64,000 nucleotides of DNA from Halichondria panicea. Lineage: Eukaryota. Below the pieces are notes generated by a model, which had not been told where the DNA came from, made no database searches, and was given only the letters and a program-made list of their open reading frames with translations. Positions 41,119 to 52,142 of this stretch are shown piece by piece. Every line of letters begins with the position of its first letter. The stretch's first letter is position 1. The DNA lies in contig NC_087384.1 in NCBI RefSeq assembly GCF_963675165.1, positions 2,614,315-2,678,314 of the forward strand, written 5' to 3'. Both the position numbers and the translations under genes were made by a program.

Positions 41119-42470
41119 ATGCTACTCGGATGCACTACCTTATATAGGGACACTACCACCACATTATCTCCGAGCACATCAATGGATGCAACATCACCTA
41201 CCCACCATCTCTCCACAACTCTCAACTCCTCCTCAAACAGCGTCAACTATTCACTCCATTCCACAAAGTCAGGCATATTGTTTAATGCTAGGAGTGTTGC
41301 AAACAAACTACGAGATCTTCACCACGCAAGAGAAAACATTGTATCGCTGTCACAGAAACACACAGATACAAAACTAATGGTCCCCATGGTTTGCCAAACC
41401 AAAGTGAAATCACTCCCGATATCAAACCCTACTGGAAAGCTCGTGGTGACCTTACGATGGTACACTTTTGCTTTACGACCAACGAATGTAGTCCCAAAAG
41501 CACTGCAAAGGCAGACCCTACAAAAGATTCACACGGGACATCAAGGAATTCAACGATGTCGTCTCCGTGCCAAACTCTCTATTTGGTGGCCAGGAATATC
41601 AAAAACCATCAACGACATGGTTAAGCAATGTTCAACATGTTCGAAACACTTTAAACCAAGGATGATACCAACACCACTTCCTGACTACCCGTGGCAAAAA
41701 GTATCATCTGACCTATTTCAACTCGATGGTGCACAATATATTGTAGTTGTCGACTATTACTCGTTAAACTGCCAACAACTACCTCCAGACAAATCATTGA
41801 AGTTCTGAAGAGAATATTTTCTCGTCATGGAATTCCGGAAACCCTAGTGAGCGACAATGGACCTCAGTACTCATCTCGAGAGTTTCAAGATTTCGCAAGT
41901 TCCTACCAATTCTGCCACTTGACAAGCAGTCCTCACTATGCACAGAGCAACGGACATGCAGAGAGAGCAGTGAAGACGGTGAAGAAACTGTTGCGAGAAG
42001 CAGAAGACGGCCTTACTAAGTTATAGGTCAACTCCTTTCCATTGGTGCGGGCTGATGGGGACGAGCTAACATGCCTCTTCAGAAAGACTTGCTTATCCCA
42101 GACTGGAAATACCTGAACCAGTTTCACAAAAGGAGACAAAAGAAAGATTTGATTGCCGCCACAGGACCCAGTCACTCCCAGCACTCCCTGACGAAACAGA
42201 AGTGTGGGTTACTACGGGAAACCAACCGATACCTGGACAAATTGTGACTTCTACAACTACCCCTCGATCTTATGTTGTAAGTACACCCAGTGGAGAAATT
42301 AGGAGAAACAGGAGTCATCTCAACCCAATACCTCACTCCGATAACAGGACCGAAGAACCTGACCCGATTACAACTACCAGGGTGATTCAAACCAGATCCG
42401 GAACTGGGACAGTTATTCACCCACCAGAGAGACATCCCAGAGAAAGGGGGATGTGGAATGTGAACTAATT
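41119..42470 (+). pseudogene. Degenerate LTR-retrotransposon pol fragment (integrase: HHCC zinc finger + rve DDE core), frameshifted with internal stops
   Basis: LQKIHTGHQGIQRCRLRAKLSIWWPGISKTINDMVKQCSTCSK ... ETLVSDNGPQYSSREFQDFASSYQFCHLTSSPHYAQSNGHAERAVKTVKKLL spread over three frames. Confidence 0.8.
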
Positions 42471-43144
42471 GTATCATGTATTTAGTAGAGTATTCTAGAA
42501 TGTTCTGGTAGATTGTTTGTACTATGCTAGTTGTTGTTAGATAGATCTAGAACCTTCTAGGAACTGTTTTGGTGTTTGTATAAATACTCTTGTGTTGTTA
42601 CAATGATGAGTCTTTATGTCTAAAAGTCAAACAACAACAAATCTACACGATACTACAATTACTACACCATTTTCAAATACCACAGACGGTCAGAGACCAA
42701 CAGCATCAATAACAATCTGTACAGATACATTTCTCTTTTAGTGTGAACCTGCAGACCTCACACTAAAAGAGAAATTTACACTTAGGGTGTTTTGCATGTT
42801 CAGGCACTGTGTTACACACATCTACATCATTGTTGCACTGTTTGAAAGTACCACAGAGACCAGCAGCAACAGTAACTCTAAAGAGAAAAACTACAATTCT
42901 TTTTTAGTGTGAGGTCCCCGCGGTTTACACTATAGGTAGCTTTACAGGTTTGTTGCTGTCTCGGTATACTTTCAAACAGTGTAGTGATGTATATAGACCC
43001 ATGCATGTCATATATATTAAGTATATACATGTATATATAAATTATAAGCTCATGGAAAAACCAGTGACACTATGCACTCCCAGTTTTTTTTGCAGCCTGA
43101 GCTACATCTACATCTAGTGATCTAGCTCATGATTGATCCATATA

Positions 43145-43860
43145 GTTTACAGCTGTTTGCATAGACCTTGCAAAATACTAAATCAGCTCACTGCATTACC
43201 ACAAAACCACAAAATCACCATACAATGTTGCTATGCAAACAATATGCAGTCCTGAGCAATGATTGTTTCTAGAACTTGTATAACGGGTACTTTTTGAGTA
43301 GACCCTTGAAAAATACCTGCTGTATAAGGTGGTATAAATTATATCAAGAGTAGATGCTTTATCTACTCTTGGTGGCATGGAAACTCACATAATTATGGTG
43401 AGGCTTGAAGTTTCAGGCTGAAGAGTACGAAGTACCTTAAACACTAACAGATCACAAAATATTGTTTGGTGCTAATCTAGTAGAGAAATATGTTCGGACT
43501 TGATGGTCAAAACCGGTATACCGCAGTGAGCAAGTTAGTAGGCTCTTTAGCGTAAACATTTTTCGTACAGCACAAGTCTCAGCATAAGGCGTTGGTAGAC
43601 CATTCTCTACTATGACTCTCCATGTAGTCTAATTTCTTGAAGTCATGCACCATTGATGAATGTGAATTATATATATAACTGTTAAAACAGGGGTGTATAT
43701 GTACACCCCAAAATGGGTACCACATACGCTTTAAAAACTACCCCCTAGGGTGTAAACTACATGCTCAATATTTACACCTTTAAGGTGTATATATCTCTGT
43801 ATAGGGTGTACTCAATTACACCTCTATAGGGTGTATATAGTATGCATAAAACATGCATTC
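43145..43860. repeat. Left arm of a large internal inverted repeat (unique ~110 bp + ~23-bp GGGTGTAAAC-type tandem array)
   Basis: Reverse complement of 47441-47545 (tacagctgtttgcatagaccttgcaaaatactaaatca...) and of the array at 47191-47400. Confidence 0.65.
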
Positions 43861-45668
43861 ACCATTCAAATTGATCACAGCTGTATCAAGTTAAAACACA
43901 TCCACAAAAGTATAGCAGCAAAGAAACAAAACATCATAGCAGCACTAAAATGAGATTATAATTATACATGTGCCAAAGGGTTCAATTTTGTTCGTTGAGT
44001 CCAAAGAATACACTTAGCTCGCACGTTGGCTCTTGTTCAACATCACATAGAAAATACAGTCTGTACTGGTCTGGCACAAAGATCGTCTGAATTCTGCACA
44101 GAAAACAAAACACCAAGTCACAAGCATACAGTACATGGAGAATGTTAATTTTTACCGAACAAACGTTTGACGCATTCACATAATTATTATAAGAGCAACA
44201 CACAACCTTAAGGATCTACCTTATATGCATTCGTACATGTACAAAATAGATAAGTCTTCAAAAACTCTTTAATTATTTGGATTGACGGAACACCTACATG
44301 CGCATACATAGAAAAGTACAGTCAGCTATTTTGTAAAAGCCAAATCGAAGCTAACCTTGATATCATCTGAAGAACCCTCGCTATCAATTTTTTACCTTGT
44401 CGCCATCTCCAACTTAGAATATGCAATAATCCATGAGTCCCAGTTCTCCATTAATGATCGATTGGACACTCACATCTTTTTCAATACTGACGATTCTCTT
44501 GAACTCGATTCATGAATAGGCCTGCATAGAGGAATTAGATGTGTACAGATCAGATAAACTTGCTAACGACAGGTAAGAATAGTCGAAGTCATAGAAGTTT
44601 AGAACCTACCACTTCGTGAAGTTTCAAAGAAGGAAAATTTATTCATAAGATCTGAGACCGAGGGCTGTGCTGTCTTTCTTCTTTCAAAATATGTCAGTTC
44701 TGTAATGATATGATATAGATTTAAACAATTGTAGCAACATAAATCTATTAACATACTTTGTCTGATGATGTCCCATTCTCTAGGAAGTTGGTTAGCAACT
44801 TGTTCACTAAAGCTGTTGTCCATAAAAGGATGTTACTGGATACTTGAGAACCCAGGGATGAATAGCTAGCTACCAGTCAGAGGACTGGTTAGTATTAATA
44901 CACGTGCTCAGAGGTGTGAATCACACCTTATGTGTCTCCTAAAAAACGCACACCTCAATTAATAATTATGGGCGGGGGGGGGGGGGGCTGTAAATTCTAT
45001 GTGACTGAAGTTGATGAAGCCCTAGCTAGCTAGCTCTAGTCTTGGACATGCATGAGAGCTCTTTATGTTTGGAAAGCTGATGGACATTACTATATTTGTC
45101 CTCAACTCAAATCACTTGACACAGTAGAGTACGAGTAGACTACAACCATCACAGTAGTTTCCACTGTTTATACATTGTAGGAACTCAGCACTCACTCTTT
45201 TCTTTTGTACCTAACCATAATTATGTTAGAATTACCAGAAAGTATTAGTACGCTATGTATCGTTCCAAAACATATACTTTTTAGCTCAATATGATGTGTT
45301 TTATACTTGATTTATTATTTTTCTCTGTATCAAATGAATTTCTTCCTTGAACTTTAATTAGACTGTACTGCAATCAATAAAGTACAGTGTAGTAAAGGCA
45401 AACTGGTACTGGAGTTTGCAGAATCTTTGCAACACATGAATAAAAGTGTTGAGCACTGTGGTTCCTTATGTGGGAAATGCTCATACATTTAAGTAGTAAA
45501 ACAGACCACAGTGTGTACACAAAATCCATATAAGGAACGGGTAACGCTCTACGCTTTTACTGGTGTGTTGCAAAGACTCTGCAAACTCCAGTAGTATATA
45601 ATGATGCACTCTTTATATGCTACACCCCATGCTATTGTGTAGTTTACACCCTTATGCTATTAGTGTAG

Positions 45669-45787
45669 TTAACCCGAGGCGCGTGGGCGGCCACGGGTTA
45701 TAGTAGTCGTTTGGTTTGTTTGTTTGTTTGTTTGTTTGTTAACCCGAGGCGCGTGGGCGGCCACGGGTTATAGTAGTCGTTTGGTTT
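45669..45787. repeat. 2 x 59-bp tandem unit AACCCGAGGCGCGTGGGCGGCCACGGGTTATAGTAGTCGTTTGGTTTG(TTTG)n; a related copy lies at 20823-20893
   Basis: Direct comparison of the three copies. Confidence 0.7.
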
Positions 45788-45805
45788 GTTTGTTTGTTTG
45801 TTTGT

Positions 45806-47200
45806 GACAGGTGAATCTACTCACCTGGATGCCACAGCACTGCGTTTACAGCATGGATAGCCTTTATACAACAAGTTATTAGTTTTAATAGTGGCAGAAT
45901 TTCATGTTAAACCTTTGTTGTCAAATAAAAACGAGCAAAAGCTAAGAAGCTTGTGACTGGGTCTGCTTACCTGGATGCTCTAGCACTGTGTTTACAGCAT
46001 GGGTAGCCTCCACACAACAAGTCAGTACTTCTAATAGTGGCAGCTTTCGGTGTTAAAGCTTCGTTGTCTAATAAAAGCGAGCAAAATGTAGCTTGAACAG
46101 AACTTGCACATGCGTTACTTATAACTGAAGTGATCCTGTACCAGGTCCAGAAACAATGGAACAGGGTCACTAAAGTAGAAAGCTTGCTTTAGCTGACTGG
46201 GATCCAGCAGGACCTGGAGCCATACTTCTCTGAGACTCCAGGCTTCTCTTTGCTGTGATCCTAATCCACAGTGCATATATCTATAGTACTACTACCTGTT
46301 CTCAAATGTTTCAGCATGCCTCCAGTCTGGTTTAGTTTTATTGCTCCTGAGTTGCTGTGCAAGTCATGCATGCATGATGATGATAACAACATCACTATAA
46401 TTATGGCAATGCACTGCATTATATGGTTTCTTTATAATCATGTCACCAGCCGAGGGTTTGCACTTTAGTGCTCTAGTTTGTTTGTGACAGATGAATCTAC
46501 TCAACTGGATGCCACAACACTGCGTTTACAGCATGGATAGCCTTCATACAACAAGTTATTAATTTTAATAGTGGCAGAATTTCATGTTAAACCTTCGTTG
46601 TCAAATAAAAACGAGCAAAAGCTAAGAAGCTTGTGACTGGGTCTGCTTACCTGGATGCTCTAGCACTGCGTTTACAGCATGGGTAGCCTCCACACAACAA
46701 GCCAGTACTTCTAATAGTGGCAGCTTTCGGTGTTAAAGCTTTGTTGTCTAATAAAAGCGAGCAAAATGTAGCTTGAACAGAACTTGCACATGCGTTACTT
46801 ATAACTGAAGTGATCCTGTACCAGGTCCAGAAACAATGGAACAGGGTCACTAAAGTAGAAAGCTGTATATACCAGGAACAATGGGACAGGGTCACTAAAG
46901 TAGAAAGCTTGCTTTAGCTGACAGGGATCCATGCAGGACCTGGAGCCGTACTTCTCTGAGACTCCAGGCTTCTTTGCTGTGATCCTAATCCAATTTATCT
47001 ATAGTACTACTACCTGTTCTCAAATGTTTCAGCATGCCTCCAGTCTGGTTTAGTTTTATTGCTCCTGAGTTGCTGTGCAAGTCATGCATGATGATGATAG
47101 CAACATCACTATATGCACTGCATTATATCAGTCTTCTGGTTTCTTTATAATCATGTCACCAGCCGAGGGTTTGCACTTTAGTGCTCGTTTACATTGCTAT
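45806..47200. repeat. Tandem duplication (2 x ~680 bp) with an internal ~130-bp sub-repeat
   Basis: 45806-46484 and 46485-47200 are near-identical apart from small indels. Confidence 0.8.
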
Positions 47201-47545
47201 TGTAGTTTACACCCTTACCTATTAGTGTAGGCTATTGTAGTTTACACCCTTATGTTACTATTGTAGTTTACACCCTTAAGCTATTAGTGTAGTTTACACC
47301 CCATGCTATTGTAGTTTACACCCTATATGCTATGATATTTACACTCCCTTTTGTTTACTCCCCAAACCAGGTCTTATTTAAACCCTAGTACATGGTGTAT
47401 ACACCCCTGTTTTAACACAGCATGAATGTACCCAATGCTATTTGTTTGCATAGCAACATTGTATGGTGGTTTTGTGGTAATGCAGTGAATGATTTAGTAT
47501 TTTGCAAGGTCTATGCAAACAGCTGTACTGACAAATGCCAGAGAA
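47191..47545. repeat. Right arm of the internal inverted repeat (tandem ~23-bp CTATTGTAGTTTACACCCTTA units, then the unique segment)
   Basis: See the left arm at 43145-43860. Confidence 0.65.
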
Positions 47546-47992
47546 AACTTTGGGCACTGGAAGTAAACAAAGGATTAGCTACAATCTAACCGGCAGGACA
47601 GAGTAGCATCTGATTGTCTAAAGGATCTTCTTGAGACTGCATGGCGTGCATGCATGCATATGTATGTAAGCTAGCCTGCCATGCAGGTACCGTAGTGACA
47701 CTAGAAGTGAAAGAAACTCCTTGAACAGAAGTCTAACCAGAATAAAACCAGTCACTGGCAGCATAGATAGAGTAGCTCTATCTATGCTGGCAGAAAGCTG
47801 TAATTAGTGTTAATGTGGTACCCGCCAGCAAATTGGACCCCGCTAGGCCACGCCCATTATTTGATTTCACTTCCGGTATTTCTCTTTTTTTAGTGTTGCG
47901 AGAAGTCTCAGATTGCACACGTGATCTAAAAGTTGCATTTTTGTGGTTAAAATTAATTATGTCAATTTGTTACTATGTGCGGGCACCCTTAA

Positions 47993-48263
47993 GGCCACTC
48001 CAAGTGACACTCTGGTTTCTGGTCCTGAAGTTTTTCTAATTGCATGCGGGCGGGCGGCTTTTCTCATTATGTCATTATCAATTTCACCTAATGAACTCAT
48101 TATTTGCAAATGAATATCATTATCACACTATTTTGTACCACGTGGACCATTATGCGCATGCGTAGTAGAAATAATGGGATAGAAATCCAATAATGAGATA
48201 GAAATCCAAGAATAAAATCTGATGCGGGCGGTGGACCAGAAACAGAGTATCACTTGGAGTGGC
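47993..48263. mobile_element. MITE-like element with 32-bp TIRs (GGCCACTCCAAGTGACACTCTGGTTTCTGGTCC)
   Basis: Left TIR 47993-48025, right TIR 48232-48263 (reverse complement with 2 mismatches); ~205-bp AT-rich internal region. Confidence 0.6.
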
Positions 48264-48396
48264 CTAACTTGAAGGAAGAAATACAAATAGAGAAAGAAAG
48301 AAGGACCTCTCGAAAAACTAGTAGGCCACTCAAAAAGACACCTTCTTTTTTCTTTGTCTCTTCTTCCTAATTATAGTGTCAAAGGAAAAAAGATAA

Positions 48397-49320
48397 ATGG
48401 CTCTAGTCATCAGAAATGCAAAATTTGAAGATTTGCAGTTTCCCATTCGATTTGTTGTAGAAAATAAATGGAGGCCATTTGGTCCAGGAGATTACTCATG
48501 TGCTTACAGCTACGATCCAAAAGGCTTCTTTGTTGGTGAGCTTGATGGAGAAGTAATCAGTCATATCATGGTTATCTCCTATCCCTCGCATTCTACTCAC
48601 TGTGGGTCACTGATAATACGAAAAGAGTATAGACACAAAGGCTACGCGGCACTGATGCTGAAACATCTTTCAAAGACTATAGATCAAACATTTACAATTG
48701 GACTTGACTCACTACCGTACATGATTCCGTTCTTCGAATCTTTTGGTTTTTGTACTGTTTGGGAAAATTCTATCGCCATGTTAAGCTTTGAGAAGATCAT
48801 TTCAAAACTAGACCATCTGGAATTCAAATCAGAAGATTTATTACTAAAACCTATACGAACAGTGGACATCAAAATGCTAGTACAGTACGACGCATCTGTT
48901 TTTGGCTGCAAGAGACACACCCTAGTGGAAAATTGGGTGAATATTCCAGGTAGTATGGGCTGGGTGGCTTTTGATTGTGACAGAGGAATTGTTGGGTACA
49001 CTCTTGTCAGGCCCATTATTATGAATGGGGGGAGTGAAATTGGAATGAACATGGCCCCTCTCTATGCTGAAAACAATCAAGCAGCTGGTGTATTGATGAA
49101 AATAGCAGCAGAGACCTGTCTTGTTAATGAAGCGGTCGCAGCAAAAAAATTTCTACTTATTTATGCCAGAGGTGCGGATCACAGCAAGAATGCATCAGCG
49201 ATATTTGACCAAGTGGAAGCCGAATACCTACCTTTCGCGACCCGAATGTACTCAAAAGGAGCCCCAATAAATGGCTCTTTGAACAAGATCTACGGGATCA
49301 TGCACCCTACATTCGATTAA
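48397..49320 (+). CDS. GNAT-family N-acetyltransferase (N-terminal GNAT fold + C-terminal YitH-like domain), intronless, 307 aa
   Basis: ORF 48397..49320; acetyl-CoA binding motif IRKEYRHKGYAALMLKHL. Confidence 0.6.
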   Translation: MALVIRNAKFEDLQFPIRFVVENKWRPFGPGDYSCAYSYDPKGFFVGELDGEVISHIMVISYPSHSTHCGSLIIRKEYRHKGYAALMLKHLSKTIDQTFTIGLDSLPYMIPFFESFGFCTVWENSIAMLSFEKIISKLDHLEFKSEDLLLKPIRTVDIKMLVQYDASVFGCKRHTLVENWVNIPGSMGWVAFDCDRGIVGYTLVRPIIMNGGSEIGMNMAPLYAENNQAAGVLMKIAAETCLVNEAVAAKKFLLIYARGADHSKNASAIFDQVEAEYLPFATRMYSKGAPINGSLNKIYGIMHPTFD

Positions 49321-49440
49321 CTATATAATTATACGTTAGTACGTAGGTCTGGCTAGCAACCTCAAAACATTAGATCATTGTTTGTGTACAATACATGTAG
49401 TTGTAATTATAATCCTATACAATAATTATTATGAATCCAA

Positions 49441-50223
49441 TTAGTTCTGAATCAGTTTACGAACAACAAACACAAAAGCTGTTGCATAATCTCGGTACGG
49501 CATTTTAGTGTTCTCTAACAGTTCACAATTGCATATTGATATCTGCTTTTTCCATTCTTCAGCTGTCAGGTCGAACAATTCTTTGTTGACTGTTGCAATG
49601 AAGAAACAGCCCGGCTTGAGAACATGGAGGATGTTTGGCAAACATTCCGGGCCACACTGTCCAATCCCAAACACACCAGCACAGATAACACTGTCAAAAC
49701 TATTGGCTTCGTATGGCAGTTCCTCTTTCAGGTTGATGACTTGCAGCTCGGTGTAAATTCCTTTTGATTTTGCTACCTTCAACATCTCATTGCTAATGTC
49801 ACCACCATAAAGCTGAATTGCTTGTGGAGTTGATACAGAATTTAAAAGCAATTCACCAGCTAGGCCAGTTCCGCATCCTGTATCAAGAAGTTTGTGCTTC
49901 TTTCCAACATCATTTAAATGAAAGCTCTGCCATTTTTGAACAACACTCGTGTATCCAGAGTAGTTCATAGAATTTACATCAACTTCATAGCTGCTTGCCC
50001 ACTGGTCGTAGGCAATTGATCCACCACCTTCTGCAATGAGTGCAACAAAACCTTTTGCTCTCTCAGAGAAAGGTAACTCGGCCATAGCCCGATAAATTAG
50101 TCCTATCAAGAGCCTTGGAATTTTGATTGCAGCGGTTAACGTGTGAAGATTAAAGGTGTCTAAGTGCCTCGAAAAATGCCGTAAGATGCGGTAATCTATA
50201 GCTGTGAAACCGCACAGCTGCAC
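49441..50223 (-). CDS. Class I SAM-dependent methyltransferase, METTL27/WBSCR27-like, intronless; the true start is probably the internal Met (complement of ~50083-50085, MAELPFSERAKG)
   Basis: ORF 49441..50223; motif I LLDTGCGTGLAGELL, YDQWASSYEVDV, FDSVICAGVFGIGQCGPECLPNILHVLKPGCFFIATV, parallel to human METTL27. The first 46 codons of the ORF are encoded by a hairpin arm and are probably not translated. Confidence 0.6.
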   Translation of the reverse strand: MQLCGFTAIDYRILRHFSRHLDTFNLHTLTAAIKIPRLLIGLIYRAMAELPFSERAKGFVALIAEGGGSIAYDQWASSYEVDVNSMNYSGYTSVVQKWQSFHLNDVGKKHKLLDTGCGTGLAGELLLNSVSTPQAIQLYGGDISNEMLKVAKSKGIYTELQVINLKEELPYEANSFDSVICAGVFGIGQCGPECLPNILHVLKPGCFFIATVNKELFDLTAEEWKKQISICNCELLENTKMPYRDYATAFVFVVRKLIQN

Positions 50224-50313
50224 CTGCTGTGCTGCACCTGTGCATGCGGTTTAGTGCCTAGTTAATTAGTCACTAGCCTAAGGAGCACAGCAGGTGCAGC
50301 TGTGCGGTTTCAC
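50204..50313. promoter_or_regulatory. Perfect 30-bp inverted repeat (GTGAAACCGCACAGCTGCACCTGCTGTGCT ... AGCACAGCAGGTGCAGCTGTGCGGTTTCAC) with a 50-nt loop, just 5' of the methyltransferase gene
   Basis: Exact reverse-complement arms at 50204-50233 and 50284-50313. Confidence 0.5.
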
Positions 50314-51727
50314 GTGCTAAAGAATACGTACCGTGTAGGCATAAATTAATTAATTAGGCAAGTCCTGACTAGTACAGAGATAGTAGTGTCTTGAGCTAGA
50401 TAATTATCGGCTATGGTAGCATCAATGAGCAACAGTGAACTATGGCGACTAGGAATCAACAGTACTCTGACACAGCTTTTGGCCGCAATGCTTTATTCTA
50501 TTAGTGTCATTAGCTATCTGCCCTCCATTCACAGATTTGTCACTAATCCCACTGAAGAGAACCTCAATGGAACAAGTCACTTTAAGGTTTATTATGAAGG
50601 TTTTATGGTGGCCGGCCTGCCACAAAATTAATGTAGTCTAGTGCTGGGTATAGGTACGATACAAAGGGGGAGACATCTAATTTCTGACCCCCCTGTCTTG
50701 CAGATCTTGAGAGCTATTTTATTTACCTATTCACTAACTACTATACTATGGTCAATAGGTTGCATGTAGGCAAAAAATTCTGGTAAATGAGACAGGGGGG
50801 GTATTACGAGATACCATTACATTTATCGCTAATTGGCTGCTCTATAGCATATCTTATATTGAAATACAGTTATTCTGTCTATAAAAACAGTTACTCCTTT
50901 TTTAACAGATACCTAGACGTAAGTGAATTTTACATGAGAAGAGAACTACCAATACCTCTACACAAAAACTGTGCACAAAGTAACGTGACCTCCTGTCAAT
51001 TGCACGTGAGCAACTCGCAATTGATGAAATTTGCGCAAGCTTGTGCATATACATTATACGCAACGCACAGAATTCGTTAACAGTGAGTAAAGAATGCAAG
51101 TGAAGAGGAGCAACTCAAAATTGTCTCTACTTAGATTTTGTGAAGAAATCATTGTCTATCAGTGTGCGGTGAGTAGCTCTGAACGTTGAACGCGAACGTG
51201 CAGATCGATGTCATTGTTCAATTAATTACCACACCCCTAAAACGTCATGCTTAACATTTACTAGGAGATTACTACAATTATACCCTATCATGTGCAAGTC
51301 ATGTTACTTTGTGCACAGTTTTTGTGTAGAGGTATCGGTATAGATAGACACTCTTCTCTTCTTATAATAGTCTTGATTTACTACTGGCACCCACTTAAAT
51401 TTGGTCATTAAAATGTTTCTCCAGTATACTTACACAAACTATGGTGGTATCTCTGTCAACACATGCACAACTTTAAATTTCTTTGGAAAAAATACTATAG
51501 AGAGAGGTACATGCAGTAATGCAGTAGCGGATAATTTTCGGGGGGATAAAATATTCGTGGTTCAGCAATATTAAGACATTTCGTGGGTAATATTTTCATG
51601 GTTGCTTAGCTTTACGGTATTAGAATAGCTGAAGTTTTAAACAGTGCTCTCATAATTGGTTCTGTCTCACAATTAATAATTATACCCTCTTCTATCCAAC
51701 TGGCTTAGTGAAATTATATAACTGCAG

Positions 51728-52142
51728 GTTGAACCAGAAGCTGGACTAGGAGAGTCAGAATTCTTCTATTCCTTAGCTATTGCTTGTATGTATATCGGAT
51801 CAGTCACAGGAGGATTTTTATCTGCTTTTCTTGTTAAGTTTGTCCCATATTGGTATCTGTTCATCCTTTTTCTTTCTGCTCATGTACTTGGCTTTGTGCT
51901 GTATGGCACGGCAAGTCATGGGTGGGCACTGCTACCAGCAATGTTTTTTGTTGGGCTATTTGCAGGTGCTGAAGTTACATTGGTTTTTAACTATGCCACT
52001 GATATTAGTGTTAAGTATGTGGATCTGTTGAAAGAAAGAGGAAAAACGTTCAACTGTGACAAAACCAAAGTTGTCAAGATCCGAAACTATCTCTATGCAA
52101 GTCATTCCTTTGGGTATAGCATTGGGTTTATTGTTGCCACAG
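51728..52142 (+). CDS. MFS transporter exon (VEPEAGLGESEFFYSLAIACMYIGSVTGGFLSAFLVKFVPYWYLFILFLSAHVLGFVLYG...)
   Basis: ORF 51788..52273 frame; aactgcAG acceptor, GTGAGC donor. Confidence 0.55.

Larger units (their letters stand above)
40851..47884. mobile_element. ~7-kb composite repeat/TE island bounded by an inverted ~70-bp repeat pair (40851-40927 and 47818-47884)
   Basis: The left arm is the reverse complement of the right arm (gaaataccggaagtgaaattaaataatgggcgtggc...ctagcgggt vs gtacccgccagcaaattggaccccgctaggccacgcccattatttgatttcacttccggtatttc). Confidence 0.55.

Noticed and set aside
41936-42477. Minus-strand ORFs of 82 and 101 aa within the integrase relic
   Set aside because: Antisense to the recognisable integrase reading frames, with no motifs.
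49441-50313. Considered the GNAT + methyltransferase pair as a bacterial horizontal transfer or contaminant operon
   Set aside because: The methyltransferase matches the metazoan METTL27/WBSCR27 family, the orientation is convergent (not operon-like), and the flanks are clearly eukaryotic. It is kept as a finding to test by phylogeny, not called HGT.
50413-50631. ATG-initiated 72-aa ORF (MVASMSNSELWRLGINSTLTQLLAAMLYSISVISYLPSIHRF...) as a possible first exon of the MFS transporter
   Set aside because: It is hydrophobic and ends at a potential ATG|GTGGCC donor, but phase linkage to the 51728 exon could not be established, so it is not annotated.
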